From Octopus sinensis (taxonomy: Eukaryota), in the NCBI RefSeq assembly GCF_006345805.1, contig NW_021825357.1, positions 1 through 21,935 of the forward strand: a DNA stretch of 21,935 nt. Direction: 5' to 3'. Below, piece by piece: positions 1 through 9,769 of this stretch. The notes beneath the pieces are model-generated. The model searched no databases. It was not told the DNA's origin and saw nothing but the letters and a program-made list of their open reading frames with translations. The position numbers and the translations under genes were made by a program. Each line of letters opens with the position of its first letter. The first letter of the stretch is position 1.

Positions 1-702
1 ACTTTTGCTATCTAGGAACATGAGGTTACGACTAAGTTCTTTATGAGGAAGAGAGTTGGCTCTGATCTTCCATTCTATGATAAAGAAAAATGTCGATTAT
101 TCCATTCTAGTGTGGAAGATATCACCCGTATCATAATTAACTGTCCGAACATGTCTGCAAGATATTTCCTTTCCAAGAGACATGCCATTGTTGCAAGGAC
201 AGTTTACAATGCCATACCGAAGGTACACAGAGAACTGGAATTCATTCACACCTAAAACAATAAAGAACATCGGAGGAATAGTTCAATATGAATAGCGACG
301 CGATCAAAGCACAACAGGCGAGGCATTATTTTATGGGACAAAGAGTAAAAGACATGCACTATAGTAGAGATTGGCTGCCCCTCTGATGTAAATGTGGCAC
401 CCAAAAATTGTAGAAAAACAGAACATCAATAGAGAAACCAGACTACAGATTTCCATTATCATAGGCAAGTTTGTTTGCATAAAAACATTTCTACATAAAA
501 CATAGAGAATTTGGGATTCTCTGAAAAAAAGCGAAAACCAAACTAATCTGTGTTTTTCAAATACAATCAACCAGTGGTGCAGTTAAAATCTGCAAAACGT
601 TCCAGAAATTCTCCATGTGAGTTTCCTATGCTAAACAAATGAAAAGCATGTAAAATGTTCCTAGGAACCCCCGCATGGTGAATTTCCTGGGCCAAACATA
701 TG
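1..702 (+). mobile_element. Decayed 3' portion of an R4/Dong-like (RLE-endonuclease) non-LTR retrotransposon; runs off the left edge
   Basis: Frame 1 reads FAI*EHEVTTKFFMRKR...CRLFHSSVEDITRIIINCPNMSARYFLSKRHAIVARTVYNAI (degenerate CCHC knuckle and RHD/N-like motif). It continues ...KHNRRGIILWDKE*KTCTIVEIGCPSDVNV (degenerate HNRPD...E..P.D.N restriction-like endonuclease). After frameshifts it reads QIQSTSGAVKICKTFQKFSM* (558-620). Several stops and frameshifts; a short 3' UTR runs into a microsatellite. Confidence 0.85.
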
Positions 703-710
703 CACACATC

Positions 711-742
<32 letters not shown>

Positions 743-759
743 ATATATATATAATATAG

Positions 760-792
<33 letters not shown>

Positions 793-800
793 TAGATATA

Positions 801-855
<55 letters not shown>

Positions 856-867
856 TAGATATATATA
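703..867. repeat. Compound microsatellite (CA)n-(TA)n-(TAGA)n
   Basis: Directly visible tandem arrays. Confidence 0.97.
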
Positions 868-1442
868 AGGAATGCATGAGCACACACAGAGATATAAAAG
901 CGAAGTAGTGACACTTGTATGCCAAAGTAAAATACACATCCATCACAGAAGTACAAGCTATCCATGAACATAAACTTGCATATATACACGCATCAATGAC
1001 GATCAAAAATTCCCAGCACCTGTCTTAACTAAAAAAAGAAGGAAAATGAGATATTTGCCAATTGGTTGGAGGCCAGCTGGAATCACAAAAAAAAAAAAAA
1101 CCTGAAGAAATTACACAGAAATACACATGCAAAAAAATATAGATGCCTACATACATATCTGCATATGTAGAAACATATATGCATATATAAATACATACAT
1201 ACACAGAAGCGTGTATGCGCAAGTGGATGTAGTGGAGGTGTGGAGGTGTGTAAATATTGTTAGATGTATATGTAATAATGAAGCTAAGTTGAAAATCTGA
1301 TTAACAACATAAGGTTACACATGCAGTTAATAGACCAAAAATAAACCCACACTTCCAGGAACAACAAGCAGGAGGAAGAATTTGACTAATAACAGCCAAT
1401 GAAAATTTTGAAAAAAAAAAAAAATGACATTCATCATACCTC

Positions 1443-1446
<4 letters not shown>

Positions 1447-1484
<38 letters not shown>

Positions 1485-1491
1485 TGTGTGT

Positions 1492-1524
<33 letters not shown>

Positions 1525-1804
1525 ACTTATACATTTATTTTTATAAGGAAATCGCTGACAGTCACTCCTACGTTTTACCGGTCGGAAGTTTCGTTAGAGA
1601 ATCAGAAGCCAAACTTTCAGCGGAACTTTGGATTCGCTCCCAACATTTTCCTTAAGTATGTGTGTGTATGTGTGTGTGCGTGTGTGTATGTGTGTGTGCG
1701 TGTGTGGTGTGTGTGTGTGTGTGTGTGCATGTGTGTGTGTGTATGTGTGTGTGTGTATGTGTGTGTGCGTTTGTGTATGTGTGTGCGTGTGTGCGTGTGT
1801 GTGA

Positions 1805-1838
<34 letters not shown>

Positions 1839-1858
1839 GCGTGTGCGTGTGTGTGTGC
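1447..1858. repeat. Two (GT)n arrays (1447-1523 and ~1657-1858) separated by a ~130 bp unique spacer
   Basis: Directly visible; source of the poly-VC ORFs. Confidence 0.97.
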
Positions 1859-1984
1859 TTAAAGTTATGTTTTTGATGTGTTCGTGTGTGTTCGGACGTG
1901 ATAAGGAATTTCGCTGCAGAAATAACCCCGAGTGAAAATTCTCCACTTAGACTTCTCTAAAAAAATACATTTTATTTTTACTTA

Positions 1985-2366
1985 TGAGTGACGTCTGTGG
2001 ATCGTAGGTCGCATGCGTTTCTTCGTCGGTCTGTTTCATTGAAAATTTGATTAAAAAATATAACGTTTCACATGCAATTAATAGAACAGAAACTCACTCG
2101 ATAATAATACGAGCACATGTTTACGGGTGGTTTTCCCGCTTCAGGAATGGTCTCTCATCGCTTGAAGATCCATCTCGTTCAGGGCCACTGTCGACCTCTT
2201 GATCGAATAAAAAACATCACGAAAATCCTTAAAACTGAGGAACCTTGCCGAACAACTGACAAACTCGTTGATATGACTGGTATATCCTGGGGCACCTGCC
2301 AATGAGTTTTAAGTGAGGAATTGCGAATGAAAAGGGTTGCAGCAAAGTTTGAGCCTCGCTTGCTAT
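1985..2366 (+). mobile_element. Mariner transposase N-terminal (HTH) fossil
   Basis: Across frameshifts and stops: RAHVYGWFSRFRNGLSSLEDPSRSGP...KLVDMTGISWGTCQ*VLSEELRMKRVAAKFEPRLLS, matching the mariner HTH and (W/F)VP(R/H)xL linker. Breaks abruptly at ~2366. The left boundary is approximate. Confidence 0.85.
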
Positions 2367-2758
2367 CGTGAAGTTCGTTCAATTTGGGTTTCAGAAAAGT
2401 CTCTAGCATTACACAATATCGATCAACGTTTACAGTCACTCAAATGCCAAATTCTGCTGCTGCAGAATTTCGAGTAAGTCGGGACCATGTCTACCAAGTC
2501 TGAAGTGCACACTGAACGCTCTTTGTGTTTGCAGTTACGGATTCGTTGTTCTTGGTAAACGTTTCCACAATGAAAGTGCGATTCTCACCCGTACAATTCA
2601 TGTTGGCAGCTGAAAACAAATTGAAACAAAATGCCACAAGTGGTACCAATTGAAAGAAAATGGTATTATATGTACATCTCGAAATTATAAACATATATTT
2701 TCGTTCTTTACTCTATTTCACTGATATTATGCCTACAAATGTGTCTTGCCGCACCCTG
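2364..2758 (-). mobile_element. rosa/DD41D-like Tc1-mariner fossil, 5' end and internally deleted N-terminal part
   Basis: Terminus CAGGGTGCGGCAAGAC at 2758 next to a TA run. ATG at 2601 gives MNCTGENRTFIVETFTKNNESVTA, then after a frameshift TQRAFSVHFRLGRHG (DUF4817-like HTH). After a large deletion: AAEFGI*VTVNVDRYCVMLETFLKPKLNELHD. The catalytic spacing cannot be counted here, so the subfamily call is an inference. Confidence 0.8.
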
Positions 2759-2759
2759 A

Positions 2760-3049
2760 ATATATATATATATATAAAACTTATTATGAAAAGGATGCGT
2801 GGCGTTCGATTATATAACAATATAAATAATATATAAATATATGTACATACCTACATATATATGCATATATACATGCATATATGGGTACAGGACATAAAAA
2901 AAAGCGTGGAGACAATGAGAGACGAAAACATAAAAACAAAAACATAGAAAACGAACTTTTCTCGAACAACGAAAAAAACAAACAGAGAAACGAGACATGC
3001 AACATAAAGAACATACCCTTCATCAGTTGTCCCTGTTTCATCTACTCCG

Positions 3050-3097
<48 letters not shown>

Positions 3098-3169
3098 CAC
3101 ACATATGTATATATGTGTATATATATACATATATATGTATATGTATATATATAATATATATATATATTA

Positions 3170-3202
<33 letters not shown>
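2760..3202. repeat. (TA)n-rich arrays (2760-2880 and 3052-3202) flanking a 170 bp A-rich insert
   Basis: Directly visible. Confidence 0.9.
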
Positions 3203-3204
<2 letters not shown>

Positions 3205-3208
<4 letters not shown>

Positions 3209-3400
3209 ACCGTTTGTGTTGAGTCTTCGGTAAGTGTCTTCATTACATCGTCGAGTTGACGTGTTTCAAGTGAGAAATTCTGGGCAGATGAAAACCGCTT
3301 GGAAGCCCAGCGAGTGGAGTGTAGCTGCAACTGAAAGGAACAGTTTGTCACATAGCGTCTCACAGTGAATCAGCCAGGAGATTATGTTAAAAATGTCAGT
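3205..3400 (-). mobile_element. Possible hAT transposase remnant
   Basis: Minus frame [50 protein letters not shown] resembles the hAT 'TRW' motif and the helix that follows. No TIR or other motif confirms it. Confidence 0.35.
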
Positions 3401-3687
3401 CAAGTGTTCATGGAATACTCAGACACTTTCACATTGATTAAATTAGTTGCTTGTTCAGTTGATCGAGTAATCCTATGACGTTCGTCGAATTCAACGGTGG
3501 AACGCCCAGACACACATATTCGCAAAGACACACATACATACAAGAAGGTTGCCAAAAGAAACCGGAATTTTGCAATATGATTTTATTTACTTATTCTGTT
3601 GTGTCTGGGGAGAGTCATTCTCTTTTAGTGCCTTATTATTTAACACACTCACCGGTAAAATTTCCACTTATTTCTTATTTTTATTTT

Positions 3688-3724
3688 CTAAAATTTTCGT
3701 TGCGTCTTGCAACCTTTTCAATAG
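3688..3724 (-). ncRNA. Candidate minimal type I hammerhead ribozyme, variant core (copy 1)
   Basis: Minus strand CUA-UUGAAAA-G-GUUGC-AAGAC-GCAAC-GAAA-AUUU-UAG: U3:A8 variant of CUGANGA, 5-bp helix II, GAAA, palindromic AAUU helix III, 3-bp helix I. Confidence 0.5.
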
Positions 3725-3954
3725 TTTTGACTCTCTTGATTTTCAGAAAGCAGAACACGGTGTTTCTCAATGTCTTGCTAGCTTGGCTAAAGCTTATTAT
3801 ATTTCGTTTGTGGATTTGGTTTGCAAGATTCTTTATATGAGTTCGTGTGTTGAAGCATATTCTGTTGTGTCTGGGGAGAGTCATTTTCTTTTTGTGCTTT
3901 ATTATTTAACACACTCACCGGTAAAATTTCCACTTATTTCTTATTTCTATTTTC

Positions 3955-3991
3955 CTAAAATTTTCGTTGCGTCTTGCAACCTTTTCAATAG
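3955..3991 (-). ncRNA. Candidate minimal type I hammerhead ribozyme, variant core (copy 2)
   Basis: Motif identical to 3688-3724, 267 bp away. Confidence 0.5.
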
Positions 3992-4569
3992 TCTTGACTC
4001 AGAATATGCTTCAACACACGAACTCATATAAAGAATCTTGCAAACCAAATCCAAAAACGAAATTTATTTACTTAGTTTTACATGTTTACACTTTTATCGC
4101 CTTCAAAGAATTCTCCATTTGAAGCAATGCATCTGTCCAGACACATTTTCCACGGTTGGAACCAATTCTGGAACTCTTGCGAAGTGATGCCTTTTCACGC
4201 CTCCGTCGTTTTATTTTTCTTCACCTCTTTCACATCTGCAAAACATTTACTTTTATAAACATTTTTCATTCGGGGGAACAAAAAAAAAGTCAAGAGTGGG
4301 GAAGTGGGGTCATGCAAGTTTTGGTCAAAAACTGTCTCACACTCAAGGCGGTGTGCGCAGGCGCATTGTCATGATGAAACCACCAGTCTCCACTTTGCTA
4401 CAGGTCTTAGCGTTTTCTTGTCATCGCCTCTCGCAAACGCTTCAGAACTGTCAAGTAAAATGCCTGGTTAACCGTTTGACCTGGAGGAACAAATTCTGTG
4501 AGGGGACAATTCCTTTCACATCGATGAAACAAATCAGCATCGTCTTGACCTTGGACTTCATTTGACGCA

Positions 4570-4815
4570 CTTTTGAGGGAGATGTTCCTCGGTCATTTGA
4601 TCGCAGTGTGCAGCGACATCGGTTATCCCGCCCGGTCACCTGATTTGAACCCGTGCGATTTTTCATCTGTAGAGACACTTGAAATCAGAAGTATACACTC
4701 ATCGCCCTCGATCTATTGAGCAACTAAAAGATACCATTCGTCTAAAAATTGCTGCCATTCCACATGAAATGAGACGTCGAGTTATGGACAACTTTCGTGA
4801 ACATCTTCGACAGTG
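4570..4815 (+). mobile_element. rosa/DD41D-like transposase C-terminal fossil
   Basis: LREMFLGHLIAVCSDIGYPARSPDLNPCDF, then after a frameshift HLKSEVYTHRPRSIEQLKDTIRLKIAAIPHEMRRRVMDNFREHLRQCLD. Truncated by a (CA)n array; no 3' TIR seen. Confidence 0.88.
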
Positions 4816-4834
4816 TTTGGACACACGTACACAT

Positions 4835-4871
<37 letters not shown>

Positions 4872-4912
4872 ACACACACACACACGACTTCTTTACCCCA
4901 TTTCCATGTTAC

Positions 4913-5090
4913 GGCGAGCTGTCGTTACGCTCTGTGTTCAAATTCCGCCGAGGCCGACTTTACCTTTCATCTTTTCGGAATCGATAAATAAAATACCAGC
5001 TTCGCACTGGGGTCGATGTAATCGACTTAGTCTCTTTGTCTGTCCTTGTTTGTCCCCTCTATGTTTAGCCCCTTGTGGGCAATAAAGAAA
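4913..5090 (+). mobile_element. tRNA-derived SINE family A (MESC/Meta-like core), head internally deleted
   Basis: GGCGAGCTG joined to GTTCAAATTCCGCC (B box), CCTTTCATCTTTTCGGAATCGATAAA core and TTTAGCCCCTTGTGGG..AAAGAAATA tail; matches the copies at 7133 and 19327. Confidence 0.92.
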
Positions 5091-5159
5091 TATATATTTA
5101 TAAAATATATTTTCACACCTTGAGCAAAGGTCTCTACTTGATATTTGTAGGTCACATAT

Positions 5160-5191
5160 ATGCACACACACACACAACACACACACACAAC

Positions 5192-5222
<31 letters not shown>

Positions 5223-5245
5223 ACACACACACACACACACACACA
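5160..5245. repeat. (CA)n array (another at 4820-4885)
   Basis: Directly visible. Confidence 0.95.
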
Positions 5246-5459
5246 AGCAAGCGCATGCACACATACCCACACGTTTAAGTATATTTATAACACACTTCCA
5301 GAAAATGTCCAACTTGTAATTTATTTATATATTTATATAATAATTTGATCCGTAATTTTTTTTTTATTCTTTTATTTATTTCCTGCTAATAAATCAACAT
5401 ACTTTTACGACTTAACATTTCGCATTTTATAGTTCGCAATTTGTATTTGTTTCTCTGCT

Positions 5460-5590
5460 AGTGGTGATGGCGGTGGTAGTGCTGGTGGTGGTGGTGGTGG
5501 TGGTGATGGTGGTGGTAGTGCTGGTGGTGGTGGTGGTGGTGGTGGTGATGGTGGTGGTGGTGGTGATGGTGATGGGTGTGGTGGTGGTGG
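5460..5590. repeat. (GGT)n trinucleotide array
   Basis: Directly visible; source of the poly-His ORF. Confidence 0.96.
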
Positions 5591-6271
5591 TAAGGTCTGT
5601 TTTTAGGTTCTGTGAATGCTAATAATTTCTTCGTTTCCATTATTTGCAGTTTGTAAAAATGGCTGCTATTTTAAAGTTTTGTGCATCGAAGCGTGATGCT
5701 CGTATTACATGCTGTTCGTGGAGTCCGCGGCTTTGTCAGTGAATGCGGCAGTTAATCACCAGGCTGTGAAACAAACTGAGGCGGGAGAAGATACAACGGA
5801 AGAGGAATTCAAGCTACCGATGGTCTTCAATTACTCTTCATGGTGAAACTGCGCCAAAGACTGGATTGGCTAATGCAAGAACATCAAAGAATTTCTCTTT
5901 CAATTGTTGTTATTGTCACTAATTTTCCCACTACTGCTGCTGCTGCTACTGTTGCTATTGTTGCGATTGTTCCTCTTATTGCTACTGTTGTTCTTCTTCT
6001 TGTTGATGCTGCTGTTGCGTTGTTATGCCGGTTCGACTCTAAATATGCTTGCAATCGAAGATGTTCCATCCGTAACCATCCTGTCTCTATTTTTTCTCTT
6101 TTAAGCCATAGTGTATCTAAGACTACATTATCTTATGTGTTCTTCCTCGATGTTGTGTTTTGTATTCCTTCTTTTCTTTCTTTCGTCTTTTTTCCTGGTT
6201 TCACAATAGCTTTGATCCAGCAGATATATGATCAAAATTATTTCAGCCGTGACCATCCCATCTTTTGCTCA

Positions 6272-6660
6272 TATAGATAGATAGAAATACATATATATAT
6301 ATGTACATATATGCGCATATATATATATACACATATATATACATACATATACATATACATACAAACATACACATACATACATATATAAATAGATAGATAG
6401 ATGCGAAGATAGATACATAGATAGATATGTATGTATATACATGTATATATATATATGCATGTATATATACATGTATATACATGTATCTCTCTTCTTCTCT
6501 CTGTATATATATATATGTATATGTGTGTGGTGTGTGCATGTAGGTATGTAAATGTACGCATAAATGATTTTATGCATGTTTATGTGTAAATATGTATCTA
6601 TATATATATGTATATATATCTACACAGAAACTCGCACGCGCGCGCGCACACACACATACA
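6272..6660. repeat. Compound TA/TAGA/CATA low-complexity array
   Basis: Directly visible. Confidence 0.93.
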
Positions 6661-7132
6661 CAAATATACGTTGTATCCACAGACTTGTCATCTTCCAATC
6701 ATATTCTGTCTAAAACTAAATTATCCAAAATGTCTCCCTTCATGTAATTGTTGCAGTTGTTTAGCTCCGAGACATTCCAGATCAAGGAAGCTCGTGATCA
6801 AAAGCGTTCCATATATGACTATGCCACTTTAATTTCAGACGTTGTCTATCTCTGTGTCTTTCGTTTTTGATCTAGATCCTATTATTTAGTTCGAGGGCAG
6901 CTACGATCAAAGGTATTCCAGCTGCGACGTGTCTGTCGTTCTTCTCAGAGACACACTTCACAGAACTACATTATATCGCAATGTCCTCCATTTTTGTCGT
7001 GTCACTCTACGTCGGCCAGACACAGTAATCCTAAGATCAGACATTTCAACTGCCAAATCGTCTGGGTTATTTTATATTTAATTCATTTCTTTTTTTCAGA
7101 GAAATTCTATCTCGGTATTCATTATGCAATAT

Positions 7133-7540
7133 AAGGCGGCGAGCTGGCAGAAACGTTAGCACGCGGGACGAAATGCGTAGCCGTATTTGTCTGCCGTTAC
7201 ATTCTGAGTTCAAATTCCGCCGAGGTCGACTTTGCCTTTCATCTTTTCGGGGCCGATTAAATAAGTACCAGTTACGCACTGGGGTTGATATAATCGATTT
7301 AATCCGTTTGTCTGTCCTTATTTGTCCTCTCTGTGTTTAGCCCTTTGTGGGTAGTAAAGAAATAGGTATTTCGTCTGTCTTTACGTTCTGATTTCAAATT
7401 CCGCCGAGGTTGACTTTGCCTTTCATCCTTTCGGGGTCGATAGATTAAGTACCAGTTGCGTACTGGCGTCAATCTAATCGACTGGCCCCCCCACCCTCAA
7501 AATTTCAGACCTCTTGCCTAGAGTAAAAAAGAATATATTA
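7133..7540 (+). mobile_element. SINE family A dimer: full unit 7133-7364 plus headless unit from 7365 with a different 3' tail
   Basis: AAGGCGGCGAGCTGGCAGAAACGTTAGC head and B box GAGTTCAAATTCC. The second unit begins GGTATTTCGTCTG and ends ...CCCTCAAAATTTCAGACCTCTTGCCTAGAGTAAAAAAGAATAT. Confidence 0.95.
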
Positions 7541-8329
7541 TGTGTGAATTAACCTTCTGTGCACGCATAAATTGTGTACACACTACTTGCTTTTGCGCAC
7601 TGGATGTAAAACATGTGTAATCATTCGAACCCTCGTACGCAGTTTAGAAGGGTCAATAGCCCAGTGGACTCGCAAATTGTTCCTTTTTGACTCGAGGAAT
7701 GTCCCCCCAACAAGAACAGAGAGGAGAAAACCCTCCTTCAGGGAAACATGGCGAAGTACATCAAAATCCAAAAGGAAACATTTTCTATAGTTCGCGACAA
7801 GTGAGAATAAAATTTGTATAACATGTTAGACCCTGCCCTGGGATCCTCGAGGGAAAAAGGACGGTCTGAAAAACGACTGGGTGGGGGCCAGATATTGAGG
7901 AAGAGCTGAAAAAGTAACGATCCAATGGGGGGGAAGTAAAAAATCCAATCCAGAATGGAGAAGAGTGGAGAGAAAAGTCGTCGATCGTCAATGTTCCATT
8001 TGGGAGTGAAAGGTTTAAGCAATTCATAGGGACACGAGGACTGTAGGTAGCTAAAAACCACAACATGGAGGGATGAGGAAGCCGTTTGGTCAGTGTTCTG
8101 CTCGATCGGTGCTGCCTGAGAGCAGACAATAACAACAGCTAAAACAACAACGGCAGCAGCATCGTCATCTCAATCATCATCATGAACAACAACATCAACA
8201 GTTATGGGCAACTACGAATCGTCTTCTTCTTATTCTAACGTAGCAACTCACATACGGAAGAAAGTAAAAAGGAGAGTTGAATTGTTGGCACAATGTTGCT
8301 TTTGATTCTTCGTCTTTTGTTATTGTTGT

Positions 8330-8371
8330 TCTTGCTGTTATTGTTGTTGTTGTTGTTGTTGTTGTTCTTGC

Positions 8372-8402
<31 letters not shown>

Positions 8403-8405
8403 GCG
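8330..8405. repeat. (TTG)n array
   Basis: Directly visible; source of the poly-Leu ORF. Confidence 0.95.
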
Positions 8406-8525
8406 GCTGTTGCATACTAAAATCTTCGTTCACACGTCCTTAGAAGCACAAAACTATTTCTATAGATGCCTAAAGATTTTTGGACGGCTACAGCTTAATC
8501 AAATGACACGACCAATATGCACACC

Positions 8526-8526
<1 letters not shown>

Positions 8527-8564
<38 letters not shown>

Positions 8565-8670
8565 TATATATATATTATATATATATATAATATATACATA
8601 CATGCAAATATATGTTTATATATACATACACACATACACATATATATATATATATAACTGATAGAATACC

Positions 8671-8710
<40 letters not shown>

Positions 8711-8895
8711 AATAGATACATACATACATACATATATATATATTTGTATATATATATATGTCTGTGTGTATATAAATATATCTGTATATATATGTGTGTT
8801 ATCTATCGGTCTATCTATTCTTCTGTCTGTTTCCCTCTCTCTCTCTATATATATATGTGTGTGTATGTACATATATATATATATATATATTATAC

Positions 8896-8985
<90 letters not shown>
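8527..8985. repeat. Long (TA)n-dominated compound array
   Basis: Directly visible. Confidence 0.96.
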
Positions 8986-9349
8986 CCATCGGGCTTCCAT
9001 AATAGTCTCTTCCAAAATCAAATCTGATGTACAGGCAGAAATAGTGGTCTCAATAGAAAACAAATTTAACGAGGACAATGGAGAAACTCTTTGCAAAAGG
9101 TCGATGGAAGACTTCGAACATTCAGTATGGAAGCCAACGATTGAATAAAGCAAATGGACGTTTTATGTTCGTATATAACTTTCCTTTCTTTCTTACTTTC
9201 TTTGTTATTTCCTGTTTTATTTCTTCTCGTCTTTTTTTCCCTCCATTTTCTTCTTCTTTCCGTGTCTTTCTTCGTTAATTTCTTCCACTTTTGGTCGGCT
9301 AGGGACGACAAGCGATTTGTAGAACTGAGAAACTCAGAGCTTGAGAATT

Positions 9350-9431
9350 GACATACATACATACATACATACACACACACACATACATACATACTTACAT
9401 ACATACATACATACATGTATATATATATACA

Positions 9432-9491
<60 letters not shown>

Positions 9492-9560
9492 GAGATAGAG
9501 ATATAGAGATATACTTACACATGTACATACATACATACATAAATATAGATAGGTAGATTT
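9350..9560. repeat. (CATA)n-(TA)n-(GA)n compound array
   Basis: Directly visible. Confidence 0.95.
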
Positions 9561-9587
9561 ACAGATTGTGAGTGTGTATGTATATAT

Positions 9588-9765
9588 AGGCGCAGGAGTG
9601 GCTGTGTGGTAATTAGCTTGTTTACTAACCACATGGTTCCGGGTTCAGTCCCACTGCGTGGCACCTTGGGCAAGTACCTTCTACTATAGCCTCGGGGTCG
9701 AGTTGCTCGATTAAAGGCGGTGCTCCAGCATGGCCACAGTCAAATGACGGAAACAAGTAAATAGA
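9588..9765 (+). mobile_element. tRNA-derived SINE family B, head fused directly to its 3' tail (middle deleted)
   Basis: AGGCGCAGGAGTGGCTGTGTGG (A box-like) and GGGTTCAGTCC (B box). ...TAGCCTCGGG joins GTCGAGTTGCTCGATTAAAGGCGGTGCTCCAGCATGG...AAACAAGTAAA; compare the longer copies at 17512-18160 and 20240-20727. Confidence 0.93.
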
Positions 9766-9769
9766 GATA

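Larger units (their letters stand above)
3594..4062 (-). mobile_element. Penelope-like/retrozyme-like insertion: partial tandem of a 266-267 bp unit plus an inverted terminal segment
   Basis: 3592-3733 recurs at 3858-4000. 4001-4063 is the reverse complement of ~3803-3863. The insertion is flanked by the direct repeat TTTATTTACTTA (3582-3593 and 4063-4074). Partial tandem plus 5' inversion is the typical architecture of Penelope-like insertions. Confidence 0.75.
3541..4572 (-). mobile_element. Mariner transposase C-terminal (DD34D-type) fossil with 3' TIR, interrupted by an insertion at 3594-4062
   Basis: Minus strand: KVRQMKSKVKTMLICFIDVKGI..EFVPPGQTVNQAFYLTVLKRLREAMTRKR*DL*QSGDWWFHHDNAPAHTALSVRQFLTK..MTPLPH[YSPDLAP deleted]DFFLFPRMK...LDRCIASNGEFFEGD, stop at 4078-4080. 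TIR-like TA|CAAGAAGGTTGCCAAAAGAAACCGGAATTTT at 3539-3571. Confidence 0.92.

Noticed and set aside
2881-3051. Minus-strand CUGAUGA core (3021-3027) in a short insert between TA arrays
   Set aside because: No helix II or downstream GAAA can be built, so it is not called a hammerhead. It may be a truncated repeat, but that cannot be shown from this window.
5840-6280. 146-aa ORF with a hydrophobic, transmembrane-like stretch
   Set aside because: The hydrophobicity comes from degenerate (TGC/TGT/CTT)n repeats; no recognisable domain
6750-6870. Open frame LFSSETFQIKEARDQKRSIYDYATLISDVVYLCVFRF after TTGCAG
   Set aside because: Short, no donor site and no homology I recognise; compatible with chance
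7133-7220. tRNA genes at the SINE heads (also 9588, 13913, 15040-15112, 21699)
   Set aside because: A/B boxes are present but there is no complete cloverleaf; each continues into a repeated SINE body
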